From: Klebsormidium nitens
Taxonomy: Eukaryota > Plantae > Klebsormidiophyceae
Length of the DNA stretch: 64,000 nucleotides
Reading direction: 5' to 3'
NCBI GenBank assembly: GCA_000708835.1
Contig: DF237131.1
Span: 93,882 to 157,881, forward strand
Shown here: positions 11,323 through 25,900 of the stretch, in pieces
How positions within the stretch are numbered: the stretch's first letter is position 1
Layout: the number at the start of each line of letters is the position of its first letter
Notes under the pieces: model-generated
Seen by the model: only the letters and a program-made list of their open reading frames with translations
Database searches by the model: none
Told to the model about the DNA's origin: nothing
Made by a program: the position numbers and the translations under genes

Positions 11323-13604
11323 ATGGGGAAGAAGAGGAAGGCCGAGACCTCGGGGATGGAGGAGGTGGAGAAGGGGCTGTACTCGTCTTTCTGTGCGGCA
11401 GCCAACTCCATCTCGCAGCTGTATACCCAGGCGCAGAGTCAGCAGCGGCTCTCATTTGCGGCTGGCCAGCGTCATGCCATGGTGAGCTTTCAAGACTCTG
11501 AAATGTAAGTTTGACGTTAAGCTTTTGTTGCATGCTGAACCCTTCTCTAGGTCTTGGCTGAAAATACTCTTGACTGTGAAGGTATCCAGTAAGCAGGTTG
11601 GTCGGAGGGTTTGAGACCAAGCGGCCTGAGTGTCCCTTGTCTGTGTTGTTGAGAGGCTCTCCTCGTGCCACACGTGCCCTTTAAGTGGTCCATTCCTTGC
11701 TGCAATGTGACAGATTTGGAGGATCACTCTTAACAGGGTTCATCCATTTTCACTGTTTTGTCACTGACCTGCTGGACAAGTGAATGGGCGTCCCTTGGGT
11801 TGCATGACATAGCCCATTGGGGTTTCAGCTGCACTTGGCAAATAAGAAATGGGTCACTGAAAGCTGAAATGAAGGAAGCTGCTACTATTGAACGGGGTTC
11901 CTAAGGCACTCGCTGAGTACGGTTTGGCCTATGGCCTGGATTGCGTTGGTGGTTGAAAGCTGAGGCAACCAACAGGTTGTTTGGAACTCATGCAGAACCT
12001 TTCATGCAGTTCAAGCGGTGTAACATGACCACTGACCTCTTCCGAGCTTTGCTGACCTTTGTCAATCTTCCCATTGCTCTTCTTAAATACTCCTGTTCAA
12101 GTCGATCACACCTACACGCGGCACCAATGTTGCGCAGCTGGTTGTAGTCCGCCTGCATTTGGACGCCTCAAGTACTTCATTGTCACCTCCTTTGATATGA
12201 GGTCGAGTGACCTTTTCAGCAGTTTTCAGGTGCATTTTGCAATCTGGCATGCAGCGCGGATACTCCCCCTGAGCAGCTTCCCAAGTTCGTGCTCACGAAG
12301 TTTGTACGGGTGCCTGCAGGATCAAGTTTACCAATGGGTGCTCCGGCAGCGGGATGCAGGCGCCACGCAGCTGTCGGCCGATCAACTCCTCAACTTTCTC
12401 CAGGTAAGATACGCTCTCTGCGTAGTTTGGATGAGAAACTTTGCTTGCTTGCTTGCTCAGCACCTCAATGGATGGCTGTGGGACTGCGTATCGACCTTGT
12501 CCTAAGCTTGTGCTTCGTCGCCTTGTATGCCATGCATATTTCCATCTGTTCGTATGCTCCATTTGCGTATACTACTGTGGTTTCAATATTTTGTTAGGTC
12601 ATGCTTGATGGTATGCAACTGCAGTTCTTCGTTGCATTACGACCCTTACTTGGCTTATTGGTCCCTGAGGCAAGGCCATCTGACACACTCTCTTGCATTC
12701 TGACAGAGGGAACTAGACACGGGAGACATTGCCGTCTCGCACTTCAGCCAGCAAGCGGCTGCAGCGACCGCCCCCGCGCCAGCAGCATCCCCCCCCCCAG
12801 CAACTTCCATCTCGCACCATGCTCGGGTCCTGTCCTCCCACCAGGCTCAGGCTAGCGGCCAACCGCCTTTGCCGCAAACCAACTCACGGGGGGGTCACGC
12901 TTTCACCCCCCTAGACAGAAGCACGGATCTGGCCCTCATTGACAACAAAGCACAGATGTTTGGAGGGACGAGCCCTCAGAGGCGAGTGTTGGGTTCATTT
13001 GCGGGGCAGTGGACACAGGGTGGGGGGTACGACAGGGGCCGGGCGTCGGGGCCGCAACACCAGGGGGGGGCTGCACCTGGGATGTTTGGGGCAGCGACGG
13101 TGAGTGCTGTGGTCTGGATTGAGCAACTTTCTTTCTCCAGTGTCCTAGTCGAGTGATTACTTCCAAAGAAGGATGCTTATGAGTAGTAACAAATGGTCTC
13201 TGAAGTGATTAGGAGGGCCGGAATTTTTAGAAGCTGGTAAGAGTCGATTGTCAACGCATACTGGAGGATTCTTCTAGGCAGTCTGTTGAGTCTGTTGAGC
13301 CAGTGCTGGTGCTCGCATGTTCCAGACAGCAGCTATTTGGTACTTCTTTGCTTGGAGCGCCAGAGCTTTGCAAAGGTTGAGGGTGAAACTCATTGGCGAG
13401 TCGTAGGATCAAGCCTTGCGCATGGGAACGGATGCTTCTTATGCTGGGAGTTGTCTCACACTTCTGTTCGCCCCTTCCATTCATCTGCAGGCTGAGGTGC
13501 CTGGGGGTCTGGACGGGCATCAGCATATGCCAAATGGCGAACCCACCCAGGAACCAGAACAGCAGGGGGGTTACGGCGGGCCTGATGACGACTTCATGAT
13601 GTAA
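11323..13604 (+). CDS. HAPSTR1: HAPSTR1/TAPR1 (C16orf72/DUF4588)-like protein, plant type; exons 11323-11481, 12320-12403, 12707-13099, 13491-13604
   Basis: MGKKRK...LYSSFCAAANSISQLYTQ...QRLSFAAGQRHAM|DQVYQWVLRQ...DQLLNFLQ|REL matches the conserved N-terminal domain of the plant family, followed by a low-complexity tail. All introns are phase 0 GT-AG. Confidence 0.85.
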
Positions 13605-15273
13605 TGTAGCTGAACGGCAGCGTTTGCCGAGCAGGCCCTCATTCTTTCTCTCGGAGACGGCTGAAGGGACGCCATGTGAGGAGCAATAAGCTGTAGCACA
13701 ATCGAAGTCGGAGCCTAGCGACCTGTTAGAGCGCACGCTATATGGGCGACCAGCGAACCAGCATATTGCTAGGATTGCGTCCCAACTCAGGGACGTGCAT
13801 CCTGTTGTCAAGAAGGAAGGGCTTTGCTGTTCTCGAGCAATCTGCTCGATAGTTGCCTTTTCTTAGAGGGACAGGGGCTGATAAGCATGCTAACACGTCA
13901 CACTGTTCATCCGAGTAGAGAGGGTCAAGTAGTTTAGGGTAGTGGGTGTCCATATCAGCCCGTTAGCTGTGTCTACAACAGTCCGTGTTGCCACACATAT
14001 TCTGGCTCTGTGTTCCAGAGAAGCTGAACTCTTGATGCCAAGCACTCAATCGACAAGTCTTGAATCACGCGATCTCCTACGACGATCTTGGGACTGGAAA
14101 GCTCTGCAAATGTAGTCTGTTTACACGGAATGAGAAGTGAAGGTTCTCTCTCGAAGCACATATTGTCCTGCTAAGTTCTGAAACGAGGTGCTTCCATACA
14201 TGGCTTCTAACATGCCACCATACGTACTATGATGCAGTCTGACGGTCTGCTATGATGATAGTATGATTACGTTGTCTAGCATTCGCACCACCACGTCTAG
14301 GCGCCTTTGCACGCTGCCGCCATGACGGACCCAGGGGCTCACTTGTGGATCCCAGCTGGCCGCCGGCCTGTGCATGTGCCGTCTCGGTCACTGCAAACGG
14401 CTGTTAGCATGCTCACATGCATATAGTGCATTCGTTGTTATTCACATTTTGCTACATTGGACGCGTCGTGAAGCATTAATTTGATCATGAATGACAAAAC
14501 CGAGCTTAGATTCTCTGATGAACGAAGCGACAAGCTTGTTCGTCCGAGAGATCCACAATGTTGCTTATTCACTTTTGCAGCCGCCCAATTTCAAGCCTCA
14601 TGATGATGAAGCTAGAGAGACAATTACATCTGCGCCGCGGGCTCCGATTTACTACCCAATGCTCAGGAATTTTATAAGACCGCTGGGTCCATCTTGGGAC
14701 TCGAGGGCATTTTGCAACGCTTACAAAGGCGTGTCCAATCACCTAGTAGGCCCGTTGCCAATGTGCGCGCAGCATTATCGCTACACGAAGTCTTTGATCA
14801 AGACTCTAAATTGCACGATCGGGTCACTGACAGAGCTTAACAGCATTCTGAGGCTCTCTGCAAGTCAGGACCATGAGCAAGTCACGCATTGCTGTAACAC
14901 GCCATCCGGAGTGCAAACTCCCAAATTGGCCGAGTGTGCTACCAACGACTTCTTACTTCAAACACAAGCATGCAGCCGACGCACCTGGATCGTTCTCGCT
15001 TGCATCTTCCCAAGTTCACAATCGAATATATATACAACTCGGAGTTGCACCCTGTGCCATGCGACTTGGAAACGCTGAATCGCATGAGTCCACCTTCGAT
15101 ATACACATGAAGCTCATTGTAAGGCTTCCATTCATTGGCAAAACGTAATTTGAGAAGGTCTTTCGTACATGGTGTCAAAGAATTGCTCACTACTCTACAT
15201 AAGTGCATCCTAAGAACATGCCTTGGCCTCTTCAAGCATGCCTGTTTTGACTCTTGCGGCTGCTCTTACCACT

Positions 15274-18200
15274 TCAATCTACTTCGTACATCTGTAACTG
15301 CTGCCCTTGGAGCTGAGCATCTTGATCCTTCGGATCGGCATCTGCTGGCACATCTGCTTCTACAGGCTGCTCACAAAGCTCGATCAAGTAGCAAACGGTG
15401 TCGACGGACGCCGTCTCAGCTGCCTCGCTGCATTCCGACACCGTGTCTTCGTACTCTTCATCGTCTGACGGCAGGTTGCGCCTTTCCTCTTGGAACCTCT
15501 TGAAAGGGTCGTCGGCTTCCTCTTCTTCTGGCGGAGGGGGTGCTGAGAAAGGATGGTAATGTTCCATGAGAAGGGGCTCCTCGCGCTCTATAGCCTTCTT
15601 CTGCGGGCGGTCAAAGAATCCTTTCCTGATGGCCGACTGCGAGCTCACCGTTTCCTTATCCCGCGTCTCGAGCCCCTTCGCATTCCCTGTTCGCAGAGAG
15701 TCTGCCTCTGACTTGCTCTCCCTGAGTGCCACGTGTCGACTCATGACTCCCGTGCTCGTAGCTAGCCATCCCCTGCTCTCGTGCATCCGTCCGGATCTCG
15801 CATGGCCCCTCCAACCGTTACTCCCCGTTTCCTCTTCGTCACTGCTCACGTCATCTTCCTCGCCGCCGAAACGCCCTTCCAAACCAAAGCGCCCCAACTC
15901 CCAGCCCCGCGAGCCCCCAATCTCCTGATACTTCCTCCCGCTGGTGGCTTTGACGGCGAATCTCACCGTGTCTTTCACCGTCCAATTGGCGACCAGTTCT
16001 GATGCCAGCCTGTCTCCTTGTGTCGCCCGCTCCCTCAGCTCCTTGACCATGTTCATCTCCGCAGCCGCGACGTTGGCAGCGTCGGCGCCGCCCTTCAGGA
16101 GCCGCTCGCAGAGGAAGAACGCGCAGGGGTGCAGCGCGTCGTGCTCGAGAAACGCGCGCACCAGCTTGTCGTAGGCGGAGTGCCCCTCCATCGCGGCCGC
16201 GTGCGCGCGCATCAGGAACTCGCGCGCCGCGCGGTAGTCGCGGTGGCCTGTCCCCGTCTCGCTCGCGCGCAGGACGCGCTCGTGCAGAGCATCAGCGTCG
16301 CAAGTGCGCTCGAACTCGTCCACCATCTGCAAACGGATCTGGCAGGCCTCAGACGCGAGCATCTGAATCGACTGTCATTTCGGAGGATTCCTCACTGGGG
16401 GAGATCGCAGACAGTCTGTCTAGAGTAGCCTCAGAGACCCTGTGGGTAGCGCCGGAAATCCGGCGTAGAATACGGTTAGCAGGCATCCTCTGCAAAGAAT
16501 GATTATCTTCGCAGAATTTTTTTTTGATGGCAAACAGAGGTACGAGAAATTTAAGAGAATTGGGCCGAAGATTCATTACTCCTCAAGTAGTACCATAACA
16601 AGGACTCTTGTCGGCTCGAATCGTGACCCCTTGCTTCTCGATCATCCGAAAAATGCAGAAGACAGTGCTCGCACGCTAGAAGAGACGTCTGATCCAAAGG
16701 ACTACGCAAACAAATTTCTTGATTATTTGCCACGTACCGACCGAGCGTTCGCGTCCCCGTAGACGTCCGCCCGCTTGTTCAGAAAGTTCAGCGCCATCTC
16801 CAGAGGCTCGCGGAGCGCGCGCGTCCCCGCCATCTGCAGCTCGCGCACCAGCTCACGCACCCGGGCATCCTTCGGTGAGCGCGCGCGCATCCATTGGAGC
16901 AGCACCAGAAGCAACAGTTTCGTCGACTCTTCATCTCCGGAAGTCACTCTGGGCGTCGGTTTGTGGGCTTTGTGGAGCACGTCCACCTGTGTGACGGCGA
17001 GTGTACGTCAGCAAAGATTAGGCATCAAACTCTGCACACTCTTGTGGCCAGAGAGTGAGTCTTTGCAGATTCGTGGCCTTGGCGTGAAAGGGTTTTGAAC
17101 AAGCAAATGAGTAGGCGAATCAAAAGAGGACTCGGCGAGTGCAGGCTTGACAGGCAGGAGTGGTGTTTTGATCTTCATGAAAGGATTCATATGGGTCCAA
17201 GGAATGCTTGGATGTTCCATTTAGAACGAATTGTATTGAGAAAGTGATTGTATACAGTCCTTCCAAAAGATGACAATACGGAACATACAGAGAGTTTGCA
17301 GACAAGGTGCTACACTATACTCAGAGAGCTCACCAATTGGCCGAAGCAGTCTTCTACATCCTCGTTTTTGGGTTTGAGCCGTTGGACATCCTTCTCCATG
17401 ACAGATAAAATTCTGCAGGAACACATATTTTCTTCAATGAATGCAAGGAGATCCAGGCAATGCAACTTAGGCAGCAGGCGCAGCCAAATGATCCTATGAC
17501 TAAGTTTCAAGATCATTCTGTCATCACAAAAAACGCTGTGCGATCCAGTTTCCTCCTTGATTCCTTCTTTATAAGCAGAGACTAGGAAATTTGTCCAGCA
17601 TAAGCTCAAAGAAACCAGCAAGCTGCTTGTCAAGTGGCAGAAGATCAGACCTACCGCTTCGTCCTGACCACCAGCTCGTTCCGTTCGTCAATCTTGGCGT
17701 TCCGCTTCGCGTGCTTCTTGCAAGAAGCCTCTTGGCATACATCCAGAACCTCCACTGCATCTTCGGTTTCCAACCCCGGGTGCGCTCTCAATGTGTCCCG
17801 TTCGATCTGATCCAGCAGAACTCTCACTCCCTGCGCGTCCCATTGGTTGGCCAGCACGTTGAGCTGCGTCAGCAGGAGAAGAGCCTGCATTTCCTGTGTC
17901 CTCAAGCGTCCGAAAAGATACTCGAGCACTGCAGACCGGAGCTGCATGTGCATCTTGCAAGGTTCTTCATCTGGGAGAAACTCGTTGTTGTCTTTCTCTG
18001 TCATCGAATCCCAGATCTTGATCAGCTTGTTGCGCAGCCCGATCGGTCCGCTCTCCTTCCTGCACTCCTCCAATTCTGAAAGCTTTCGTGCTGCAGCGCC
18101 ATCCCTCCTGCTTGCGTACTCCTCGAGCGTAGCGATCACGATGACGCCATGTATCGCACTTTTGACTTCTGGCATGTCTACCGCGAAAGATGTTCGCCGT

Positions 18201-19739
18201 GTGGCATCTTTTGAGTCTGGACGTGAGGCGCAGCCTACAGAAGCTTCCGATGCTCCGCAGCAGGTCCATTTCAGCCTGGCTCTGATGGTCTGTGATCTGG
18301 AACTGAAAAGGATGCCTGTCTCAAAAACCTCTGCATCATCTGCAATCGAATCAGAAGAAATAGCGAGAGCGTCTGCCTGATGCCGCAAGCTGCTCCCTTT
18401 GGAGTCAGCTTCGTTGTTTGGATCTTGGCTAAATCTTCGTTGCAATGTAACAGAGCTTCCATCGCATCCATCCTCCAGATTCTCTTTCAGCTCAAGTACT
18501 CCCAAGTGCACTCGTCCAAGCTTCGATCTGCTGTGATTGCAAGGACTGTAAGTAAAAGCTGCTGGAGCGTTGAGATCAGTCCGATTTGGAAACCCTTTCT
18601 GGCCACAGCAGTTGCTGAAGAAGTAGGAGGTCTGGAAATCTCTGACACTGGTGACCTTCTGAGGAATGAAGTCATGATCATGTGGAGCGTCCTTGATGGT
18701 CCTTCCTGTAAGACACATACATACTTCAGTGTTGATTGCCGATTGAGACTTTTTGGATGAACTTGACCAGCTGAACAAGCCACGCTTGCATTCGACACAC
18801 AAATTGATCCGAGGAGATTCTCACACAGATCCATCAAAAGCTTTACAACAACGCAAATTCAAAATCACCGTTCAGTAGACAGTGTGAACAATGTTAATTC
18901 CTCAGATCATTTTCTGAAGGTGAAGAAAGCCACAGTCTGTCCAGTCTGTCAGCAGAATAACTCTTTTGTAGGTACTTCAAAATTCTACATAAGTTTGGGA
19001 ACAAAAAGAATATGTTGATCAGAGCTAGAAAACCTGGCATGATTAAAATCACGGAGCAAGATGTAGTTGGAAGCTAACGTCGAAATCCACGTGCTCGCAA
19101 TAGATTCCCGGATCATTGTCAGATCATTTTCATGGGTGCTGATTTGATGAAATCCTTTCGCAGGGAAGCAGCTGTTTGATGATATCACTTCTGAAAAGTA
19201 ATCAGCTGAAAGTGCTTCTATATTGAGTTTTCCGTTCAATTTGTCGCTGATGCTTCATATAAGGTCCTCAAAAGTAACAAGATTTGCTCACGCAAAATCA
19301 GGCTAGAACAGTGCTAAAAGACAACTGAACAAATCTCGCCTGCGATGGTCCAAACATGGAGATCTGAACGGTGAGTACCTGTGTGGTAGTATCGGGAAGG
19401 CTTTCGGACCCCAGAGCCCGAGGAATCCCTCCTCATGCACTTTTCCAGGCCTGACCCTTCGTTCTTCTGAGGATGCTTCCACAGTCTGATCTCCGACCTC
19501 AAACCATCTCCTGTGAGCTGCAGCTTCTCCATGACGCCAACCTTTGCTCCCTTGATCATCATGCACGGACACCTCCGTCCTGCCTCTTCAAAACGCTCTG
19601 ATCCGCCTGCCTCCCGCCCAGCACTCTCTTCCCTCCCTCCCAAATTTTTGGATCTTGCTGATCTTTGCGCAGCTTGGGAATCATCAGTGCATCTCAAAGT
19701 TTTGTTCAGATCATCCAAATAGCAAGTATGCGCTATCAA
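15274..19739 (-). CDS. Uncharacterised multi-exon protein (paralogue A) with a Cys/His-rich domain and helical region; supported exons ~19739-19379, 18705-~17655, 16986-16738, 16362-15274 (start and the 17.3-17.6 kb exon unresolved)
   Basis: Long GC-rich ORFs with GT-AG boundaries. YYHTG|RTIKDAPHDHDF...NCCGQ...FTYSPCNHSRS and WTCC...GC motifs are shared with the + strand gene at 20-26.6 kb. Confidence 0.7.
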
Positions 19740-19997
19740 ACTTCGTGGCCGTCGGATGAGTTACAATGATCAAATCCGGACCGTCGATTGTCACACCTTC
19801 GATTCTCCACCGCTCGATCGAGCCCTGATGGTCTAGCCTGGCATTGCATCGTCATCAAGTTATCCTTGTGATTTTTCGGAGATGTCGAGAGGCAAGTCGT
19901 GCTTTGTGCTTTGAAAGCGAAAGATGGACGAATCAATTTGCAGAGTACAAAGGTTTGGCCATGGCCTCTGCAAGGGCTGCGCTTAGTGTAGGCAGCT

Positions 19998-22900
19998 TTG
20001 GCAGATCCGATTGAGGCGCAAGACCGCTTGGTATCCAAGGTCAACAGCATGATTCCCCTGGCATGCATCGAAAAGACGGGAGGTTTTTGCACTCCTTGTG
20101 TTAGGGTAAAGATTGGAGAGGTTGGGAATGGAAGAATCTCTTTACAGAAGATACGTGACAGAGGCTTAATTCATCAGTCGATCGGCAGAAAAGGTGCATC
20201 GGTGTGTTGATACGAAAATGCTGAGGAAAAAAGCGTTCATTCAGATGCTTGAGCTTGCCAGGGTACAAAGTTATGAGACGGATCAGATTGAGTGATCGGA
20301 AGTCTTTTTGTGAACACGGAGGCATCGTGGCTCTCAGTTCGGTTGGAGAACGCGCATAGAATTCTTGACGTAGGGAGAGGGGAATTGGATTCAGCGATGG
20401 AGTTCAGTGAAGCCACTCTCAGAAGACGCGAGAAGAAGCATTTGAAACAACTAGGAGTTGCCCTAGACGTAGGTGAGTCTCGAAGCACAAGGTCAGAGAT
20501 GATTGCATCCAAGCCAGAATCAAAGCAAGGAAAGGTAAAGAAAACGACGGCGAACGGTGTTTCTCCAGAATCTGAGAGCAAGGCTGCAGCTGAAAAGCCA
20601 CAAGCCAAGTGCATGGAACAACAGCTGAGTCTTCTGCCGATCGATAAACACGGAAAAGAAACCCTAGGAGCTCTGCATGGTGGAAAGGGCGACCGCAAGG
20701 CGAAGCAAGCTTCTGGCACGGTCAGCTCAGTGGTCAAAGCGCCAGATGCGAGAAGAAGCGGGAAGGTCTTTGAGAGTCAGATAGTCCAGGAGGGTAGCAG
20801 GCAGCAGGAAAAGAAGGCTTTGCAGCTGAATGTCAAAGAGTCGAAGAAAGGTTCAAAAGTGACATCAGAAGCCATAAGATCTGCAAAATCCGCCAAGCAC
20901 ATCACTGAGCAAGCCAAGAAACAGAAGGAAAAGGTATGCACGATCCGCCAAGACGAGAATACTGAGGCGGTAAGGGCGGCGCAAGAGGGCAAAGAAGCCG
21001 CTGAGCTCTATGTCAAGTCCCAGGAGAGGCAGCTTGCAGGAGAACCTAGCCGCAAGGGCAAAGGCAAGAAGAAGCAGAGGAAGATGTCTTCTCATTCGAT
21101 GGAAGAAAAACCCGAAGAAGATGCGGGCAAGGATCTGAGCAGTCGAAGGACCCTAGAAAGTGCTCTGATGTCGAGTGCAGCCCCCTCATTCACCTCCGCA
21201 ATCCGGCTGGCAAAAAAGGGAAAGCTACAATCAAGCACGATCGGATACTTCTACAAAGGTGAGATTCTGAGCTTGAGCACATTCGATTAGGTAGTAGTCT
21301 CTTGCGCACTTCACATGGTAAAGCTTGATAATTGGGCTGGCTGAAGCAGTGATGCAACAAGCCATAAGCAGGGCTGCAGCTCATTGGCTGACGTGGATCT
21401 TATGAGATTAGAAGACCGAAATGGTTACAATCCTGGAGATAGAGAAAGGTGCATCAGAATTCCGGTCAGCGGCGAAGTTGAGACTTATTTCAGATGAGTT
21501 CGAGCATCCGAACATTGTCTGCCCGTCATGTAAATCCTCGTTTGCAAGTAATCCTGGCCCATTGGAGAGACTAAGAGGGCCATCAGAGCAGGCTTTAAGA
21601 ACGAGAAATGAATAAACTGTCTTCCTTCCAGTACAGACACCTAGGCTGGACTGAGGAGTAGTTTTAAAGTTCAAAAGAAGTGCGCTTGAAGATTGGTTGA
21701 ACAACTATATCAAGCAACTCTTTCGAATCACAGCAATACAGGCAAGGCACAGAGCACGTCCAAATATAAATACTGTGCCTCTCTTCAGTAAACCTTCAAT
21801 AGATTCTGGGAATCGGCAACGTACATTATCGAGATGAAAATTCGACATTAAATGGAATTGAAAGTGATCAGCCAGCCCCTTGATCTTTGTGCAGGGAAGA
21901 GCCTCGCTGAAGAACCCTGCAGCCACGATTTCGTGGCAGAAAAGTTCTTCGAGGGAAGCCTTTCGACGGGGCACACGGTCTACGTCTTCGCCAACTGCTG
22001 CGGACAGCTCGGATGGCCGCCACGTGGCAAGGATGCGGACTCCGGACCATTCACCTACAAGCCTTGCGACCATAGCCGCTCTCTTCCCACGTTCGCTTAC
22101 CACCCCGGTCACCTGCTTCCCAACCCTGCAGACCCTGGCTGTCGCCATGGTGGACACTGGCGCGGCCTGGCTGTGCGCGAGAGCGCGCCCGCGCGCTTGT
22201 GGAGCTGCTGCTTGCGGCCGCTCGGCGCGCCCGGCTGCGCGCGTCGCACGGACCTGTTTTTAGAGCGCCTGATCGAGAAGCGGCAGTTCCGCCCAGCAGG
22301 CGACGACGTGCCCCCCACCGACGAGATCTTCGAGTGCGCGGCGTATCTGACGCTCCTGGAGGCGACACGTGGCGACTCGTCCACCGCAGATTGGGCAAAG
22401 ACGGTCGTGCACGGCGTGGATGAGTGCTCAGAGATCGACTGGGAGGAAGGGCGGGAGCTGCTGAGACGAGTGCTCGCGGAGAAGGAGGCGGGGGGGCTGT
22501 CGGAAGACTTCTGGGTTCGCCTCGATATGCGGCTCAGAATGTGGGGCTGCAGGGCGGATCTGGCAGCGCTCGAGGCGGGGAGTCTCTTGCAGCTGTACCG
22601 GATCTCTGTCCTTCTTTCCAAGCACGACCGGCGACGCGCGGCCGCGCTGATGAAAGGGATGGAAGACGAAGGCGCGGCCGGCGAGCGCCCGGAGGCGCGC
22701 GCGTGCGCGCCCGAGAGCGGCGCGCCCTCGTGGTGCGTGTGCGGGGCGATCGAGGGGGATCCGAACGAGGAAAGGGAATTTCTGGAGAAGAGCGTGAAGG
22801 AGATCGAGAAGAGTTTGGACGGGGACGCGAGCACGATTCGAGAGCTAGAGCCCGATGAAGACACGCTTAAGGTGCTGGAAAGCCTGCAAGAGATTTGGAA

Positions 22901-25900
22901 GACGCTGAAGGGATCCCGCGACAAGAAGAAGATGGCGTGGCAGCACAAGATGATGATGCGGCGGAAGATCTGCCACCTGGTGGAGTGCAGGCAGAATTCG
23001 GTTGAAGCAATGGTAAGGCACCGCTTCTTTTCGAGGGAAAGCCTAAGCTACGACGACGGATAAGTATCAGCCGGTTTTTGCTTTGCGCTCTTCACTTTGC
23101 TTATTCAGGTAACTCTTTGTTTCTAAATTATCGCAGTCCTTTTTGGGAATACTGAGGAGCAGATTACGCCGCTAAATGATTTGTGAATCCGTCAATCACC
23201 ATAGAAGGTCTGTTAAAGGCCTTTGCGCGTCGGACTTCCCCGTATCAACTTATATCGTCCCTAAAAGGGTGGGAAGAAAGGGCCTAAGTCGATTCGACCA
23301 GTCGAGATTTTGACGAGGCTGAATCACTTATAAAGAATGGATAAACATCTCAAAACCTAAAAGTGAACCTTGACTCTCCGCTTTTCTTTCAAAAAGATGT
23401 TCACATTCTGATTCGGCAGGAATTTTCAATTCTGCTCTCAAAGCGAAAAGGCCCATAGAAACGAACCCTCTACTGTACAAACCATATACTTCTCTTCACT
23501 GCTCTTTCTTTTCGAGGATTGAGCCGCCACATGCTTATTGCAGGGCTGCGAAGTGCGCTGCCTCCCCGCGTACGAACGCCCCACCGACGACTCGGCCAAA
23601 GAAACGGTGGTCGAACCCGACTTCGAGCCGCTGCTGGATTACCTCGTACTTCACGAGTACCTTGCAAGCTTGAGCACGTTGCCGGAAGCAACGAGCTTTT
23701 GTGAGGAGATGGCAACTCTCACGGCGGTCGCTGAACAGATGGAGTCGGAGGAGCTGGCCCAGATCATGCAGCCGTTGGAAGCGATGGCGCTGGCGGGCGA
23801 TGCTAAGGCTGAAGAAGTGAGGATTCTCAAAAGCTACCTCGCAACTGACATTTGAAAGCACTGTCTATTGGCTGTCTTGGCGTACTGCGGGGGCCATACT
23901 CTCAGACTCGTCAATTAATTGCACGCCCTGTCTGTGGCGATTCTTTGAGTACGCTGATAGGATCCCACCGATGAAAGACAGATCTGCCGGCTTAGGATGA
24001 ATTTCCACCATAAGAGGAAAAGAGGCTCCTGTAACGCCCTTTATTGCGTGAGATTCGCACCCCTATTTCAAACGAGAATCAGGAGCTTTGTGCTTGATCA
24101 AATTCAGAGCCGACTACAATCCTAAGACATCGTGGCTGTTGATTTGAAAATTTCATTTCAAAGCGTCGCTCCCCTTTCATCCGCAGATTTCGGATCATCT
24201 TTACCGGCACGGCATCCAGGGCCTCGCCTCCCTCGCGACGCTGTCGCACTTCTACGGCCACCAGCGCTTCGCCAACGACCCGCGCGTCGCGGCCGCGTTG
24301 AACCTGATCGGCGCCCAGCTGGACACGTGGACGTTCGTGCAGCGGGGCTCTCTCAGGCTGCTCGCGGCCGCCGCGCGCGGCGCGCCCGACGCGCGGCTTC
24401 GGCTCTTTGCGAGCGTGTTCGCGGGCGCGCCCTTCGAGGAGAGCGTGCGCGCGCTGCGCGGAGTATGGCGCGCGCTCCAGCTGGCGTCGGACGAGCTGTC
24501 GCCGCAGGTTATGTGCACGATTGTGCTTTTGGGGGAGGATTGGAATCTGGAAGGGGTCGCAGAAGTGTTGCTCAGAAAAGGCGAGGGATCGGAAGCGAGT
24601 GAAGAAGAGGAGCCGGAAGAAAGAGTTCAGGCGATGGGGCGCGGAAAGGAGCTGCCGGAAGACGGAAGACGGACGGAAGGCGGGGCGGGTACGGCGCAAA
24701 ATGCTCCGGTGAAAGCTTCTATCTCAGCCGAACATGCGGGAGGACCGTCCAACCCGATCAAGCGCAGTGAAGGTTCCGCTCTAGACTCCAGCGCGGAAAC
24801 GGAACGCTCGTCAACGGAAGGGCAACACGGACGCGCCGCGGAAAGACCGGAAAGCGTACCCCGCGCCGCGGCCGGCGAGGAGGGTTTAGGAGCGCTTTGG
24901 GAATTCAGCGACTCTGACATTGTCCAACTCCGGCTACTGACAGAAGTTTCCAACTTTGAACCGGTCGGAGCAATGGAGGAGGCAGTATGGGAGAAGCTGA
25001 AGAAGACGGCCTCGGGTTGGACCGAAAAGATGCTGGAAGAGATTTTCCACTTCTGCGGCCTTGTAGGACTCAAGAACGTGGTGAGTTGCTGAGATGGTGG
25101 CTTCAACCTTGTCGGAGAAGGGTTGAGCGATCTAGAAGCTTGGAAATGTTCAGAAGTGAGAAAACCTAAAAATTTTAACTTCTTCTATATGGGCGGCGCG
25201 TCCAGCAGAGTGTAATACGCACCGCTTGAAGTAGCAGGCTTAAGAGGCGCAAAAGCTCTAAGGGGTTCAAATAGCTGCACGAACCGACTCCTGTCCGTTT
25301 GAGTTTCTGAAAAGGTCTGTGAGGTAGGGAATCGCTCCACCAGACCACACAGAAACTGAAAAGCTGAAGATTTGATTTGAGGTCAGCTTCGATCCAATTG
25401 CTCTTCTTCAACGTCTCCTCAGACCCAAGGATGTCGATTCTCGGCGAATCCCGGTCCGTGCGTTCGATTCTTCAAGTTCAGTTCGACAGCAAGGGAAGAT
25501 AACCAGTGCTAACCAGCGCGTTCTGCAATCCGCAGAGCTTCTCGAGGGTCGCCGAGTACGTGCAAAGCGCCGGCGCGCGACTGAAGGAGGACGGCCACCC
25601 GACCCACCTGTCACTCCTCGAGCGCGCGGAGCGCATGTGGCTGGCCGCGCGCGCGCACGCGCGCGGGGGCAGTCTAGGCGCCGGGCGCACGCTGCGCAGA
25701 TTGTGCGCCGAGTTTCTCAAGAGTCTCGTAGAGGACATCGACGTGGAAGGGGGCGTGGGACCGGGGGAGCCCCCGCACGATGTTTTCATTCTCTTCACCC
25801 TGTTTGCGATGCTGCTTTACGCACGGGAACCCGAGAGTCAAGCGATCTGGCAGCGTATAATGCAGGCCCAGAGGGCCGCAGAACAGTCGGGGGTGTCCGT

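Noticed and set aside
13251-13811. 186-aa minus-strand ORF
   Set aside because: Antisense to the HAPSTR1-like last intron and exon, with no motifs.
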